A stretch of DNA of 64,000 nucleotides from Octopus vulgaris (Eukaryota). The translations under genes were made by a program, and so were the position numbers. Below the pieces are notes generated by a model, which was given only the letters and a program-made list of their open reading frames with translations, ran no database searches and had not been told where the DNA came from. The first letter of the stretch is position 1. Every line of letters starts with the position of its first letter. The stretch spans positions 11,160,001-11,224,000 of the forward strand of contig OX597814.1 in assembly GCA_951406725.2 (NCBI GenBank), given 5' to 3'. This document shows, in pieces, positions 1-13,419 of this stretch.

Positions 1-46
1 CTCCCCAATGTGGTTAGCCATGATAAGATGGCTTCTATACTTTACA

Positions 47-108
<62 letters not shown>

Positions 109-111
<3 letters not shown>

Positions 112-425
112 TCAGTGGTTAGAGCGTCGAGCTCACAAACATGAGGTAGTGAGTTCGATTCTCGGATCAGACTGTGTTGTGTTCTTGAGCAAGTCACTTT
201 ATTTCATGTTGCTCCAGTTCACTCAGCTGTAGAAACGAGTTGTGACGTGACTGGTGCCAAGCTGTACCGGCCATTGCCTTTCCCTTGTATAACATCGGTG
301 GCATGTAGAAGGGAGGCTGGTATGCATGGACAACTGCTGGTCTTCCATAAACAACCTTGCCCAGATTTGTGCCTCGGTGGGTAAATTTCTAGGTGCAATC
401 CTATGGTCATTCGTGACCAAAGGAG
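109..425 (+). mobile_element. tRNA-derived SINE (family A, CORE-like body)
   Basis: A-box TGGCTCAGTGG and B-box GTTCGATTC, then tgtgttcttgagcaagtcactt. Closely related copy at 9575-9860. Confidence 0.85.
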
Positions 426-628
426 GTTTTCTTCTTCATATATCTACATGTAATCTTAAATTTGGGTATACACATTGTAGTATGCTGTTTAAAGCAGATT
501 CACTTCCCCGGCTACTCGTTGTCATAAAAGTATGGATATAAGTGCCACTGGATTTATTTCAAAAATTCCTTCGTGTCTGTCGAGTTTATAGTGTCAAAGG
601 AAAAGGAATTCACGAGATTCTTTATTAA

Positions 629-713
629 TCACTACAATCGCTTCGACCCATCTTGGGATTCTGTAAAACTAGTTATGGCGCATCATTCGGTGCAGATGTA
701 CCTCACCAAGTGA
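629..713 (-). ncRNA. degenerate hammerhead ribozyme motif (PLE-type terminal repeat)
   Basis: Minus strand reads tcac-TTGGTGA...GAAGC-GATT-GTA-gtga. Stem I tcac/gtga is intact; the core boxes carry 3 substitutions. Confidence 0.45.
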
Positions 714-1213
714 CTTTTCAAAAGGTACCTCGTTCATTAAACTCGGTTTCGCTGAAATTTGATTATAATACATTCTGTTATTTGCCTGTAGCTGATGGCG
801 TATAGAGGAGATGATGATTTAGAAATCAGATTAGATTTAGACTTCTAAGTCACACCTATATATTAATCTGCTTGTTCGTTCGCCCGTTATACATCAGTTA
901 GTAAAAGAGGTGGTGGAGATAGAGGTGGAGTACGTGGAGTGAGAGAGGAAGAAGTAGAGGAAGGTGATTAATATTGATACACTAAGGCCAAATGTTCACA
1001 TGATCAGGTGAAGGTAGAAGCGAAGAACGAGAGAAAAGACGACGAGAGAAGTGTTAACGACGTGTGGTGCAGTGCGATGAGAAGGAATATTCTTTTCTAC
1101 TCTAGGCAGAAAGCCCGAAATTTTGGGGGAGGGCGCCAGATCGACTAAAACCCTTCAAGGCGTTGCCCCAGCATGGTCGCAGTCAAATGACTGAAACAAG
1201 TAAACGAATAAAA

Positions 1214-1272
<59 letters not shown>

Positions 1273-1849
1273 ACAATATAAGGAATGGCCCTAATAGGCC
1301 ATTCGACTCACTTTTATGACATTTTTATGACACGGGTGTGCTAGTATATGAATATAAAGAAGAAAATGTGTAATAAGGTATGTTCTTATTGCATAAGATT
1401 TTGACTACTCAGTGAGGAATGGTAGCGATGGAATAAGTGTTACGGACAGAATGAAGGACAGTGTCAACATGTAACTGTTTGACGTTTAATGTGCATTATC
1501 TCTTTATATAGTTCAGAGTTGGAAGTGAGCTCAATAGTAAAACTCTTGCAATTCTTATATTACGTTCGCGATTAGTGTTATCAGAAAAAAAACTTGTATA
1601 TATTCATTTATAAATGCCAACATTTTAGCAATATTCTTTGTTGTCAATTTAAGTGGAGTTGATGGAATTTCCCTATTCTCAGCTTTTACTCGCTCTGAAA
1701 GGATCAGATCCTCGTTAGCAACACTAGCAACTCAACCATGTAACATTTTATGATTTCTTCAACCCAACATGATTTGCAAGTGTCAAAATATCTTCCTGAA
1801 TTTGATTTAGACTTTCTGCTTGATGAAAACTTGTAAATCCCAGATATAA

Positions 1850-2100
1850 ACTGGTCATGTATCATTCAAAGTTAAGGGTTTAACTTCAAGCAATGACACA
1901 GTTATTGTATCCAAAGCATCCACCATGTAAAACGTCTTTCAGGAGTATCTTTCTGTACTTTTATCCACCCTGTCAATTGCATCCAGGAACTGTCTGAAAT
2001 TTCTTAGATTATATACCTTGAAGTGGGCTTTATACCTTGGTTCATTTGGTCAAAAAATGGAGTTGTATTCTTGGGGATATATTCTATTTTCACATTATCA
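1850..2100 (-). pseudogene. pogo/Tigger DDE_1 transposase remnant
   Basis: Minus strand with frameshifts gives [40 protein letters not shown], matching the FLPPNTTSxxQPMDQGxI..FK motif. Confidence 0.7.
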
Positions 2101-2170
2101 GAAACATATAAACATCAATGTATATACATATATATATTCATATATATACATACACACACACACACATATT

Positions 2171-2224
<54 letters not shown>

Positions 2225-2303
2225 TGTATGTATTTATATATATATATATATGTGTGTGTGTGTATGTATATATATTTGTGTATATTTATATACACACACA
2301 TAC

Positions 2304-2512
<209 letters not shown>

Positions 2513-2679
2513 AAAAACGCGATCTGACTTACAGTCCTTACAGATCTGCCCTACGTAATGCTTAAAATAGGTTTATGGAAAAATGATCAGATTTGAGGTA
2601 ACGTGTTGAAAAGCACGATAGCATTATATATATACTTATAGTACACACACACTCACACACACACATATATATATATAGG

Positions 2680-2868
2680 GATAATTCACAAAAGAACAAA
2701 AGAGGAAGACAGGTGGGGTAGACAGCAAACAGATATATTAGTATACCGCTCAGGATGTGAAAAAGTATGTTAACGTTTCGAGCATACGCTCTTCTACAGA
2801 AAGGGACACAGAAAAAACAAGGAGAGAAAAAATGTGTGTAGTGGCTAACGATCCATCATGGCGACTGA
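2680..2868 (-). mobile_element. PLE terminal-repeat (pLTR) fragment with HHR-like motif
   Basis: Homologous to 20490-20700 (+) and 41462-41656 (-). Reads CTGTAGA-agagc-gtat-gctc-GAAAC-GTT. Confidence 0.7.
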
Positions 2869-2904
<36 letters not shown>

Positions 2905-3379
2905 TGTATACTCTGCATTTTCTCAGCCTGCAAAATTAAGTCGCGGCTATATTGCAGGACACTCAGTCAAGATCCTGCTTAGTAGAAGCGAACACAGAAT
3001 CATGGATTTACGGAGGAAATCTCTTTACTTTACCACCATGCCTGCGCTCTTCCTAACGTACAACACTATGCTAAACAGCGCCAGGCGACACCCATCTTTC
3101 TCTCCCTCTCTCTGTCTCTGTCCCTCTCTTTGTGTCTCTCCATCTTCTCTTTTTTCGCTCTCTTTCTCTTTCTCTCCCTCTCTCTTTCTTTCACTCTCAC
3201 ACACGCACACACAAACACACACACTCGCAGATACATACAGATATCCTCATGCGCACACACACACTGTAGTATCACATGTCTGTCAGCAATCAATAGTATA
3301 TCTATCGTTATACAATAAAGATAGATTTGTTTACAGAAACGGCAGCATCAACAATCATCACTACAACATTTACATTCAA

Positions 3380-3423
3380 ACACACACACACACACAGACA
3401 CACACATACATACATACATACAT

Positions 3424-3458
<35 letters not shown>

Positions 3459-3711
3459 TTCAAACAAACATACAGAAATTCATTCATATATACATACATG
3501 AATATATACATACATACATAAATACGTACATTCGTACGTGCATATATACATTCATACATATATACATATTTATATATACGTACATATATACATACATACA
3601 CACGTGCATACATACATACATACATACATACATACAAGCATATATAGATACATACATACATACATACATATATGCATACATACATACAAACACACATAGA
3701 TACATACATAC

Positions 3712-3750
<39 letters not shown>

Positions 3751-3862
3751 CATACATACAAACATACACACACATACATACATACACACATACATACATA
3801 CATACAAACACACATAGATACATACATACATGCATGCATACATACCCATCCGCTCACATATA

Positions 3863-3896
<34 letters not shown>

Positions 3897-4030
3897 CATA
3901 CATACATACATACATACATACACATCCGCTCACATATATACATACATACATATATACATACATACCTACATACATACATACAAACATGCATACATACATA
4001 CATACATACATATATACATACATACATACG
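3380..4030. repeat. (CATA)n/(CA)n compound microsatellite
   Basis: Direct inspection. Confidence 0.9.
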
Positions 4031-4377
4031 ACCAGGATCATCACCTTCACCATCACCACCACCCTACCCCACTACTACAAACAACAACAATAACAACAAC
4101 AACATTGAGAAGAATACTGATGTGGTTTAGATACCTCCCATCTCACACACATTTAACTCAACTTACCTAGTCTAACCGTCCAGCAAACCACCTCACTCCC
4201 ACCACACCCTACCACCCCTATTTCACATCACCTTACCTCGGCTACACCCCCCACCCCCACCCCCACCCCCTTTAGGCCCTCATCTCCATGGCGCCAGGAT
4301 GAAGAAACAATAAAAGGTGTAGATGAAAAGTGAAGAGAGAAGAAAAGCAGAAGGCAGAGTTATGGCAGAGAGAAAAC

Positions 4378-4535
4378 GGTGGTGGTGGTGGTGGTGGTGG
4401 CGGTGGCGGTGAGGGTGGTGGTGGTTGTGGTGGTAGTGGCGGCGGCTACGGCGGCAGTGGCGGCGGTGGTAGTGGGTGTAGGAGGTGGTGATGCTGGTTG
4501 TGGTGATGGGGATAGTGGTGGTCGTGGTGGTGGGC
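4378..4535. repeat. (GGT)n-rich low-complexity tract
   Basis: Direct inspection. Confidence 0.85.
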
Positions 4536-4555
4536 CGGTCGACAAAGGTGAAAGG

Positions 4556-4680
4556 TATGTATGTATGTATGTATGTATGTATGTATGTATGTATGTATGT
4601 ATGTATGTATGTATGTATGTATATATGTTTGTATGTATGTATGTATGTATGTATGTATGTATGTATATATGTATGTATGC

Positions 4681-4713
<33 letters not shown>

Positions 4714-4940
4714 TGTATGTATGCATGTATGTATGTATGCATGCATGTATGTATGTATGTATGTATGTATGTATGTATGTATGTATATATGCATATATGT
4801 ATGTATGTATGTATGTATGCATGTATGTATGTACGTATTACGTATGCATATATGAATGTATGTACGTATATATGTATGAATGTATGTATGTGTAGGTATG
4901 TATGTGTGTGTATGTATGCGTGTGTTTATATATATGCGTG

Positions 4941-4986
<46 letters not shown>

Positions 4987-4988
4987 TG

Positions 4989-5026
<38 letters not shown>

Positions 5027-5490
5027 TGTATGAACTATGTATGTGGGTATGTACGTATGTATGTATGTATGCACGTATGAATGTATGCATGTATGTATGC
5101 GTGAATGCATGTACGTATATGTGTGTATGTATGTATATGTATGTACATGCACGTACGTACAAATGCATATATATATGTTTATACGTATCTACGTACGTAC
5201 GAATATTTGAGTGTATGTTCGTATGTACGCATGTAAGAAGTATGAATGTATATACGTTTGTTTGTCTGTTTATATGTATGTTTGTATGAACGTATGTATT
5301 TCGATGTGTATGTTTACATTTGTGAGTGTATATGTGCGCATGTGCATGTAGATACATATGTATATATGTGAACGTATATATACGAATGTATATATGTGAA
5401 TATCTGCTTATGTTTTCATGTTTGTATCTGTGTGTATGTGTATGTGTGTGTGTGTGTGTATGCATGTGTGTGTGTGTGTGAATGTATGAA
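4556..5490. repeat. (TATG)n/(TA)n compound microsatellite
   Basis: Direct inspection. Confidence 0.9.
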
Positions 5491-5900
5491 TGCTTTCACA
5501 ATCCTTACAAGCTTCATCATCATCATCACGGCTGACACCACCATCACTACTAACAGCAACAACAACAACAACAACAAAAAGAAAAGCCACAGCAGAGGTA
5601 ACGCAGTCACAGCATTGAGGATGCACTCACAAACACACACACGCACACACACACGCACACACACACGCTTTGTATGGATATAGTCGAGACTTTATCCATT
5701 CTATTTTTCTATTCGCCGTTTTATTTTGTTCTCGTAGACATCATTGTAACTAAATAATTTCATTAATCTATAATTTCTTATACTCCTTGACTTACACACA
5801 CACATACACACACATACATACATACATATACGTATGTGTGTATATGTATACACATATGTATACACACACAAACACACGTGTATATATATATATATATATA

Positions 5901-6012
5901 TTTATTATATAGAAGGAGCTTCTACAGGACTAGTACTGTTTCATTCAAGAGAAATCTTCAGGAAGCTATTGAATGAAACAGTACTATCCTGTAACTCCTT
6001 CTATATAATAAA
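5901..6012. mobile_element. fold-back mini-element with HHR-like motif
   Basis: Inverted arms 5901-5948 and 5969-6012. Minus strand reads CTGAAGA-tttctcttgaat-GAAAC-agtacta-GTC. Confidence 0.65.
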
Positions 6013-6386
6013 TTAATTTACTCTGCTATGTATTGAGTACCTTACTTACTGTGGTTAACCCCGAATCAACCGGACCTACATATATATATATATATATATA
6101 TATATACTTCGCTTGTTGATTAATGGACAAATGTAGTTTCTATTAATCACACACACACACACATACACACACACCGACATACACCCATACTTACAGACGC
6201 GCGCACACACACACACACACACACATATATTTAAGTTTGACACATAGACGTATATGTGTGCGTGCGCGGTTGTGAGTATGGGTTTATGTCCGTGTGTGTG
6301 TGTGTATTGTCTGTATTGTGTGTATTCATATATCTACATATACACATATACACGTGTATGTGTATATGTGTGTTTGCGTTGCGTGG

Positions 6387-6514
<128 letters not shown>

Positions 6515-6845
6515 CTTCTTTCATATCCCACCAAACAGAGAGCGTAACGTTTTTCGATTTGGCTCGGTTTCTCCTTTTCGATTGGGTGCTAAACAAAAAC
6601 GGTAAAATGGACATGAATTTAGCAAGTATACTGTAAAGTAATCTACCAAAAATAAGAAAGGATTACATTAGAATGTAAAAAAGAGTCCCCTCAAGATGGT
6701 ATGCAACAGAATCCCTTTCCAACTTAAGTACCAGTTGCGTACTGGGGTAGATCTAATCGACTGGCTCCCTCCCCAAAAATTTGGGGCCTTGTGCCTAGAG
6801 TAGAAAAGAATATATGATTTTGGTCTTCTAAAGTACGTTCACTGT

Positions 6846-7092
6846 GGAGGCATGTGGCTTAGAGGTTAGGGTGTCAACATCATGATCGTAAGATTGTGGT
6901 TTCGATTCCTGGACCAGGCGACGCGTTGTGTTCTTGAGCAAACCACTTCATTTCACGATGCTCCAGTCCAATTAGCTAGCAAAAATGAGTAACGCTGCAA
7001 TGGACTGGCGTCCCGTCCAGCTGGGGAACACATACACCATAGAAACCGGCAACCGGACCCATGAGCCTGGCGAGGCTTTAAAAGGGTGCATT
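6846..7092 (+). mobile_element. tRNA-derived SINE (family A, alternative tail)
   Basis: A- and B-boxes plus CORE-like tgtgttcttgagcaaa. Homolog at 33062-33300 (-). Confidence 0.8.
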
Positions 7093-7352
7093 TATATAAT
7101 TTAAAGTACGTTCACTGCCTTAAAACTTTGTGATTTCAACATCACGGGTAGTATTCCATATTGATGATTTTTGTAATGTATTCCTACAATAAGACTGTGG
7201 TTAAGTGTGAGTATGTTATTCTCTTTTATAGCTTTCATCCATTCTGCGGTTCGATCACTGCATGCGTGGGTTATGTTCTTACTTGGTCCCACATAATGTA
7301 TATGTGTAGGAGAATTTGTTTTTGTCATGTTCTAAACTTGACCGAATGGGGC

Positions 7353-7385
<33 letters not shown>

Positions 7386-7457
7386 TGTATGTATGTATGT
7401 ATGTATGTATGTATGTATGTATGTATGTATCTATCTATCTATCTATCTATCAATCTA

Positions 7458-7534
<77 letters not shown>

Positions 7535-7580
7535 ATATATATTTAGAATTTTTTTGCCACTATATATATATATATATATC

Positions 7581-7613
<33 letters not shown>

Positions 7614-7687
7614 ATAAAACATATAAAACATACATACATACATATATGTACATACCTACATCTATATGTATATATACATGCATATAT

Positions 7688-8000
7688 GAGTACAGGACAC
7701 CACAGATAAACGTAGAACACAACGAGAAACGAAAACATAAATTCAAACAAGGAAACGGACTTTTTTTAACAACGAAAAAACAGAGTACAAGACAAACAAT
7801 ACAAGGAATATTCCCCTTCATCAGCTGCCCCTGTTTCGACTCAATGCGTGTTACGAAGGCAAGGGCAGAACGCGATCCGGCCGAAGCAATCCTTCCTGCA
7901 AAATGAATTAAATAACATTTTTTTGCAGAGGGATAAAAAAAAGTGACGAGAACAGGATGTAAAAGCAATACAAATGAAGAAAGAAAACAGTACAAATAAA
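7688..8000 (-). mobile_element. probable PLE pLTR fragment
   Basis: Flanked by (TA)n, T-rich on the minus strand, with separated CTGATGA and GAAAC boxes. Confidence 0.4.
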
Positions 8001-8330
8001 GAATAAATATATATATACATTTATATATGTATATTCACATATACATACGTATATGTACATACTTACATGTATAAGTAATCGTATCAAGTGCGATTTTATT
8101 GAATAAATTTCCTTTAGTATTTCAAGGTATTTTTATGTAGTTTTTGTAAATATATTTATTAAAATGAGATGCCAGTGTTATTTTCCGTTTTTGCGTAATT
8201 TAGAGCAGTGATTCTTAAACTATCTGATGTGTCATACCGGCAGTTATTTTTTATCCAATGTGCAAGGGACAGGTAATATCTCTTAGTAATATCGATTTAT
8301 ACCTGAAACAATATATATAATCAAGCAAAA

Positions 8331-9139
8331 ATAAATCTCTGAACGAGGTATAGACAGTAACTGCAGGACAATGTGAGGTATATTTGCCATCTCAATATGG
8401 CTAACCACTAAGGGAGGGTGTTATATATATATATATATATATATACATAATAAATCTCTGAACGAGGTATAAACAGTAACTGCACGACAATGTGAGGTAT
8501 ATTTGCCATCTCAATATGGCTAACCACTAAGGGTGGATGTTATATATATATATATATATATATACATAATAAATCTCTGAACGAGGTATAAACAGTAACT
8601 GCACGACAATGTGAGGTATATTTGCCATCTCAATATGGCTAACCACTAAGGGTGGATGTTATATATATATATATATATATATACATAATAAATCTCTGAA
8701 CGAGGTATAAACAGTAACTGCACGACAATGTGAGGTATATTTGCCATCTCAATATGGCTAACCACTAAGGGTGGATGTTATATATATATATATATATATA
8801 TACATAATAAATCTCTGAACGAGGTATAAACAGTAACTGCACGACAATGTGAGGTATATTTGCCATCTCAATATGGCTAACCACTAAGGGAGGGTGTTAT
8901 ATATATATATATATATATATACATAATAAATCTCTGAACGAGGTATAAACAGTAACTGCACGACAATGTGAGGTATATTTGCCATCTCAATATGGCTAAC
9001 CACTAAGGGTGGATGTTATATATATATATATATATATATACATAATAAATCTCTGAACGAGGTATAAACAGTAACTGCACGACAATGTGAGGTATATTTG
9101 CCATCTCAATATGGCTAACCACTAAGGGAGGGTGTTACT
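8331..9139 (+). repeat. 119-bp tandem array, 7 units
   Basis: Unit starts at 8331, 8450, 8569, 8688, 8807, 8926 and 9045. The first six units end in a (TA)n tract. Confidence 0.95.
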
Positions 9140-9267
9140 GTAGCTTGCAGCCCCAGGAGAACATCGCCTCCAGGTGGCTTTAGGCACGATGTTCTCCTGG
9201 GGCTACAAGCTACAGTAACACCCACCCGTAGTGGTTAGCCATATTGAGATGGCAAATATACCTCACA
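9086..9267. repeat. inverted repeat (81-bp arms, 20-nt loop)
   Basis: 9086-9166 is the reverse complement of 9187-9267 with few mismatches. Confidence 0.9.
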
Positions 9268-9488
9268 ATATATATAATGAATACAATAAAAGTTGACAAT
9301 TTTTTTTATCTTATATTTGTTTTGTAAACAAATAATAAGATATTGCATAAGCATTATATAAGTAATTTATGAGCATTTTATAATGGAAACTCGCCACATA
9401 CCAGCAACCGAAGAGTCGCGGACCGGCACCGGTCCTCGGGTCCCCACTTTGAGTAGCACTGATTCAGACGTCAGTTTATTCCACCCTG

Positions 9489-9574
<86 letters not shown>

Positions 9575-9575
<1 letters not shown>

Positions 9576-9860
9576 CATGGCTCAGTGGTTAGAGCGTCGA
9601 CCTTACGATCGTGAGGTTGTAAGTTCGAATCCCGGACCGGGCTGCATGTTGTGTTTTTGAGCAAGACACTTTAATTCACGTTGCTCCAGTTCACTCAGCT
9701 GTAGAAATTATTTGCGACGTCACAGGTACTAAGCTATATCGGCCTTTGTCTTTCCCTTGGATAACACTGGTGGCGTGAAGAGAGGAGAGCGATATGCATG
9801 GGTGACTGCTGGTCTTCCATAAACAACCTTGCCGGGACTTGTGCCTCGAAAGGTGGAAAT
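9575..9860 (+). mobile_element. tRNA-derived SINE (family A)
   Basis: Homologous to 109-425; B-box GTTCGAATCC. Confidence 0.85.
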
Positions 9861-10065
9861 ATATATGAGCATATATATATTTGAACAGGTGTATTGTAAA
9901 TGCACAAGCGAAAACACACAGAATGGCAAGTTAACAAGCATGTATTAAAATGCATAGAGGAACGGAAAACATATATTAAATGCATAGGCGAACGGAAAAC
10001 TGACAAAGGTCTCTAATTCCTCATCAGAGGGTAGTTATAAATTTTCGTGCCTTATACACTGCATA

Positions 10066-10551
10066 TATATTTAGGGATAAAAACCACTATGTGGACAGCC
10101 ATATGCTAGAAGTAGATCACATACGATCAAAATTACAAAGAAAGAATGTTCTCTGGAGAAAATTCAGCGGACACCAGAACATAGGCGAGCAAGACAGATG
10201 AAAATTATATAAAAATCAAGAATTAATCGTATACCGGTTTCGTCTATCAACGAATAACTTACTTACGTAATACTCTAACTGGTGGTTAGTTTTACAAATT
10301 ATATTGCTTTTGGAACGATCGTACTGAAGAATCTACGGACGGAGGATTACGTAAGTAAGTTATTCGTTGATAGACGAAACCGGTATACGATTAATTCTTG
10401 ATTTTTATATAATTTTCATCTGTCCTGCCCGCCTATGTTCTGGTGTCCGCTGAATGCTCTCGAGAGAACATTCTTTGTTTGTAGTTTTGATCGTATGTGA
10501 TCTACTTCTAGCATTTGGCTGTCCACATAGAGGTCTTTAGCCCTAAATATA
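10066..10551. mobile_element. fold-back element (about 205-bp arms), PLE inverted-pLTR type
   Basis: Arms 10066-10271 and 10346-10551. Confidence 0.8.
10318..10391 (+). ncRNA. type-I minimal hammerhead ribozyme
   Basis: atcgta-CTGAAGA-a-tcta..taga-c-GAAAC-CG-GTA-tacgat. Six-bp stem I, palindromic stem III (ACCGGT), GUA cleavage triplet ending at 10385. Confidence 0.85.
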
Positions 10552-11606
10552 CACAAGTATTGATATTTTCTCTGATTTTTCAGATTTTTATATGCTAGGC
10601 TACTAGTTTTAAATTGTTATTAATTAAATTAATATTCAATTTATCTCCCTCATTATTTAAATATATATATATATGTATGTATATATGTGTGTATGTATGC
10701 GTGTATGTATGTATGTATGCATATATGTATGTAACAAAGCAAAGTTGTAAGATACCGCACACTCACGTACACACACGTAACATCCCCACCAACACAAAAC
10801 ACACAAACATACACACGCACACATACAGATGTGCACATACAACACCCTAACAAATATTAATCATACACATACACCCAAACACAAACGTGTACACATATAC
10901 ACACACCATCCTACTAAATATAAAATACACACAGACCCATATACACACGTCACAATACACCCTGGGACCAATCAAAAATGGCCCCCACACACAAACACAA
11001 ACACATGTATATACACACGCACACATAGAGACGTGCACAGTGACACACACACTCACACCATTCTGACTTCTGAGATCAGTCCCAAAAATTACAGAACCAT
11101 GACAGACTAGCCCCCCCCCCCAAAAAAAAACTCCTTTCAATTCCACATTGCTCTTCCTTCCCCCACCCCAACCAACCTCCCACACTGTCCCTTAAAATAG
11201 CAAGCATTCCTTAGCTACACACAAGACAGAAAAATGGCAAAAAGACAGGTCGGTTCCTCTCCAATTATTTGTAAATTCTTAAATATATCTCCTTCTATGT
11301 ATATATATATATATATATATATATACAACCTAACAAACATGATTTTTATTGAACTCCTAATACTTTTTGTTGAATACTTTCTTAAATACTTTCTTGTAAA
11401 CTGTTTTTAACATTTTCTTATTACTATCAAAGAATGTATATATGTATTTTAATACGTTTGACAATCTTTTTCTAAAACAGTGAAAGCAGACAAGTGAATA
11501 AACATCTTTAAAATTGCATTTTCAAACCTTCTTTCATATATATGTGTTTGTGTGAGTGTGTGTGTGTATGTATGTATGTATGTATGTATGTATGTATGTA
11601 TGTATA

Positions 11607-11664
<58 letters not shown>

Positions 11665-12259
11665 CAATATCGGTAAGTGTTTTGCCAGTTCATACGCAGG
11701 CTGCGATTTATAGGCTTCAGATGAAATTTTCATCGTCAATATGCCTGGTGTAAAAACATTTAGAAGTCATAGGCATGCGAGATAACTCACGCCAGGTCCC
11801 ATTAGAGAAGTCGTAGACATTAATGTATCGTCATCTTTGTGACGCGCGATTGGTATTGATAAGTTACATATACATGTGTGTGTGTATGTGTGTGTATACA
11901 CATATATACGAATGTATGTATGCATAATTACAAACATCACACAAACACATACACATGCACACACACACACACATATTTATACATGGTTCTTCACTTATTT
12001 CGTCGCCAAAAATATCTAAACATTTGATTATTACATCATTACGTTAGAAATGTGAATATTCTAACAGATGTTTATTCATGTAAGTGATAAACAGGGATTA
12101 CATTTTAGAACAAACCTGTCGTTGTATTGTCCTTTTAATGTGCTTTGCATGTCAGAAATGTTCAGGATATAAGTTACGTTTATATAAGTTGCATTTCCAC
12201 GCAAGTCAACTGTCCTTAATTACGCACTCGAACGTTCGCTTTGACAATCTTACACGAAC

Positions 12260-12385
12260 TTGCCAAAGAAAGAAAACTACGTTGAAGATTGCAGTGGGAC
12301 AGGGAATCAAACAGTTTTTCTGTCGGACAGGTGTAGCAAAACATTTCTTTGTCCCCAAAAGCTATCTATACAACGTTGTAGTCTG
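12260..12385 (+). pseudogene. possible decayed Tc1/pogo transposase HTH fragment
   Basis: VAKHFFVPKSYLYNVV resembles transposase N-terminal HTH motifs; no other support. Confidence 0.25.
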
Positions 12386-12937
12386 TTCTTTTCTCTTCAT
12401 TTCCAATTTCGTTTCGAAAATTGTCTAGTGATTGCAACTGTATGAGCTATCTTGTAACTCAAACGATTTTTGAAGGAAACATCAACAAAAAGTTTATTGT
12501 ACAAAGTGACATAGGTGCAACTAAAACCATCTGGATGTGACAATTAAACTAGAGTCTTTGGAATGAATAATGATGTCACCCACTTCATAAATAGCTGTCT
12601 GAAAATGTCATCACAATGCTCAATGTGTACGAGGTATGATATTGTGGTCAAAATTCTATGCAATGTAATCCATATAATTGATAGTGCTACCGATAAAAAC
12701 ATAAAAAGCTATTGTGATGCTGAGAGTATGCTTACTGATATTATGGATGGATTCTTGTAGGACGTTCCTGTCAAAATCACATTGTGTGATTACATTATGA
12801 AACTCGTTGGGCAAGGCCGGAATAATGCGAGATTAGATATAAAGTAAGCTACAAAAAGAAAATAGAATAAAGTTGGAGTTACTGTCCTCCCTCAAACATC
12901 TGAACAGTGACTTTTTTCTCTCTTTCAATTGTCCACA

Positions 12938-12974
12938 TGTCCTGAAGAAGAGCTCATAGCCCCGAAATATAGAA
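12938..12974 (+). ncRNA. decayed minimal hammerhead motif
   Basis: gtc-CTGAAGA-agagc-tcata-gccc-GAAAT-ATA; GAAAT-ATA is compatible with CpG decay of GAAAC-GTA. Confidence 0.5.
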
Positions 12975-13419
12975 ATATATGGTAGAACTCCAATTTTGCT
13001 CTGTTTTCTTTTCATAATTTACATTATATCTCATCTCGCATTGTTCCCACCTTACCGATCAAGTTTCCTTAATAAGTATAACTGTGCAGACACAATGAAC
13101 TGGACCAGAGAAAGAAGTATGTACTCAGTAGTAGAGATCAGTTATCCAGTATACGTTAAAGAGGAAATAACAAGGAAACAAATATCTACGGATCCAAGGG
13201 GAATTCTGCAGATACAACACCCGTACAAAAATTGTTTAGAATTATACCGGTGATTATTGGAGTATCTGGTTATGTATTAACTACTTCAGCACCAACCTTG
13301 AGAAACTATGCTTTACAAAACCAGAAAGAGTATATCTAATTGTAAATTTGCAATTATAAGTCATTCATAGAACTATGAAAATGTTTCGTGCAGACTAAAA
13401 CTATATCTGTACAATCAAA

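Larger units (their letters stand above)
8206..9461. mobile_element. non-autonomous hAT (Charlie-like) MITE carrying a nested insertion
   Basis: Termini cagtgattcttaaact and actttgagtagcactg. Degenerate 8-bp target-site duplication (TSD) atttagag (8198-8205) / attcagac (9462-9469). Confidence 0.7.

Noticed and set aside
109-180. tRNA gene candidates at SINE heads (also 9575, 38885, 47501)
   Set aside because: They continue into SINE bodies and lack a proper acceptor stem; some have TSDs.
8331-9139. CRISPR-like regular array
   Set aside because: The intervening sequence is identical (TA)n rather than unique spacers; no cas genes; eukaryotic context.
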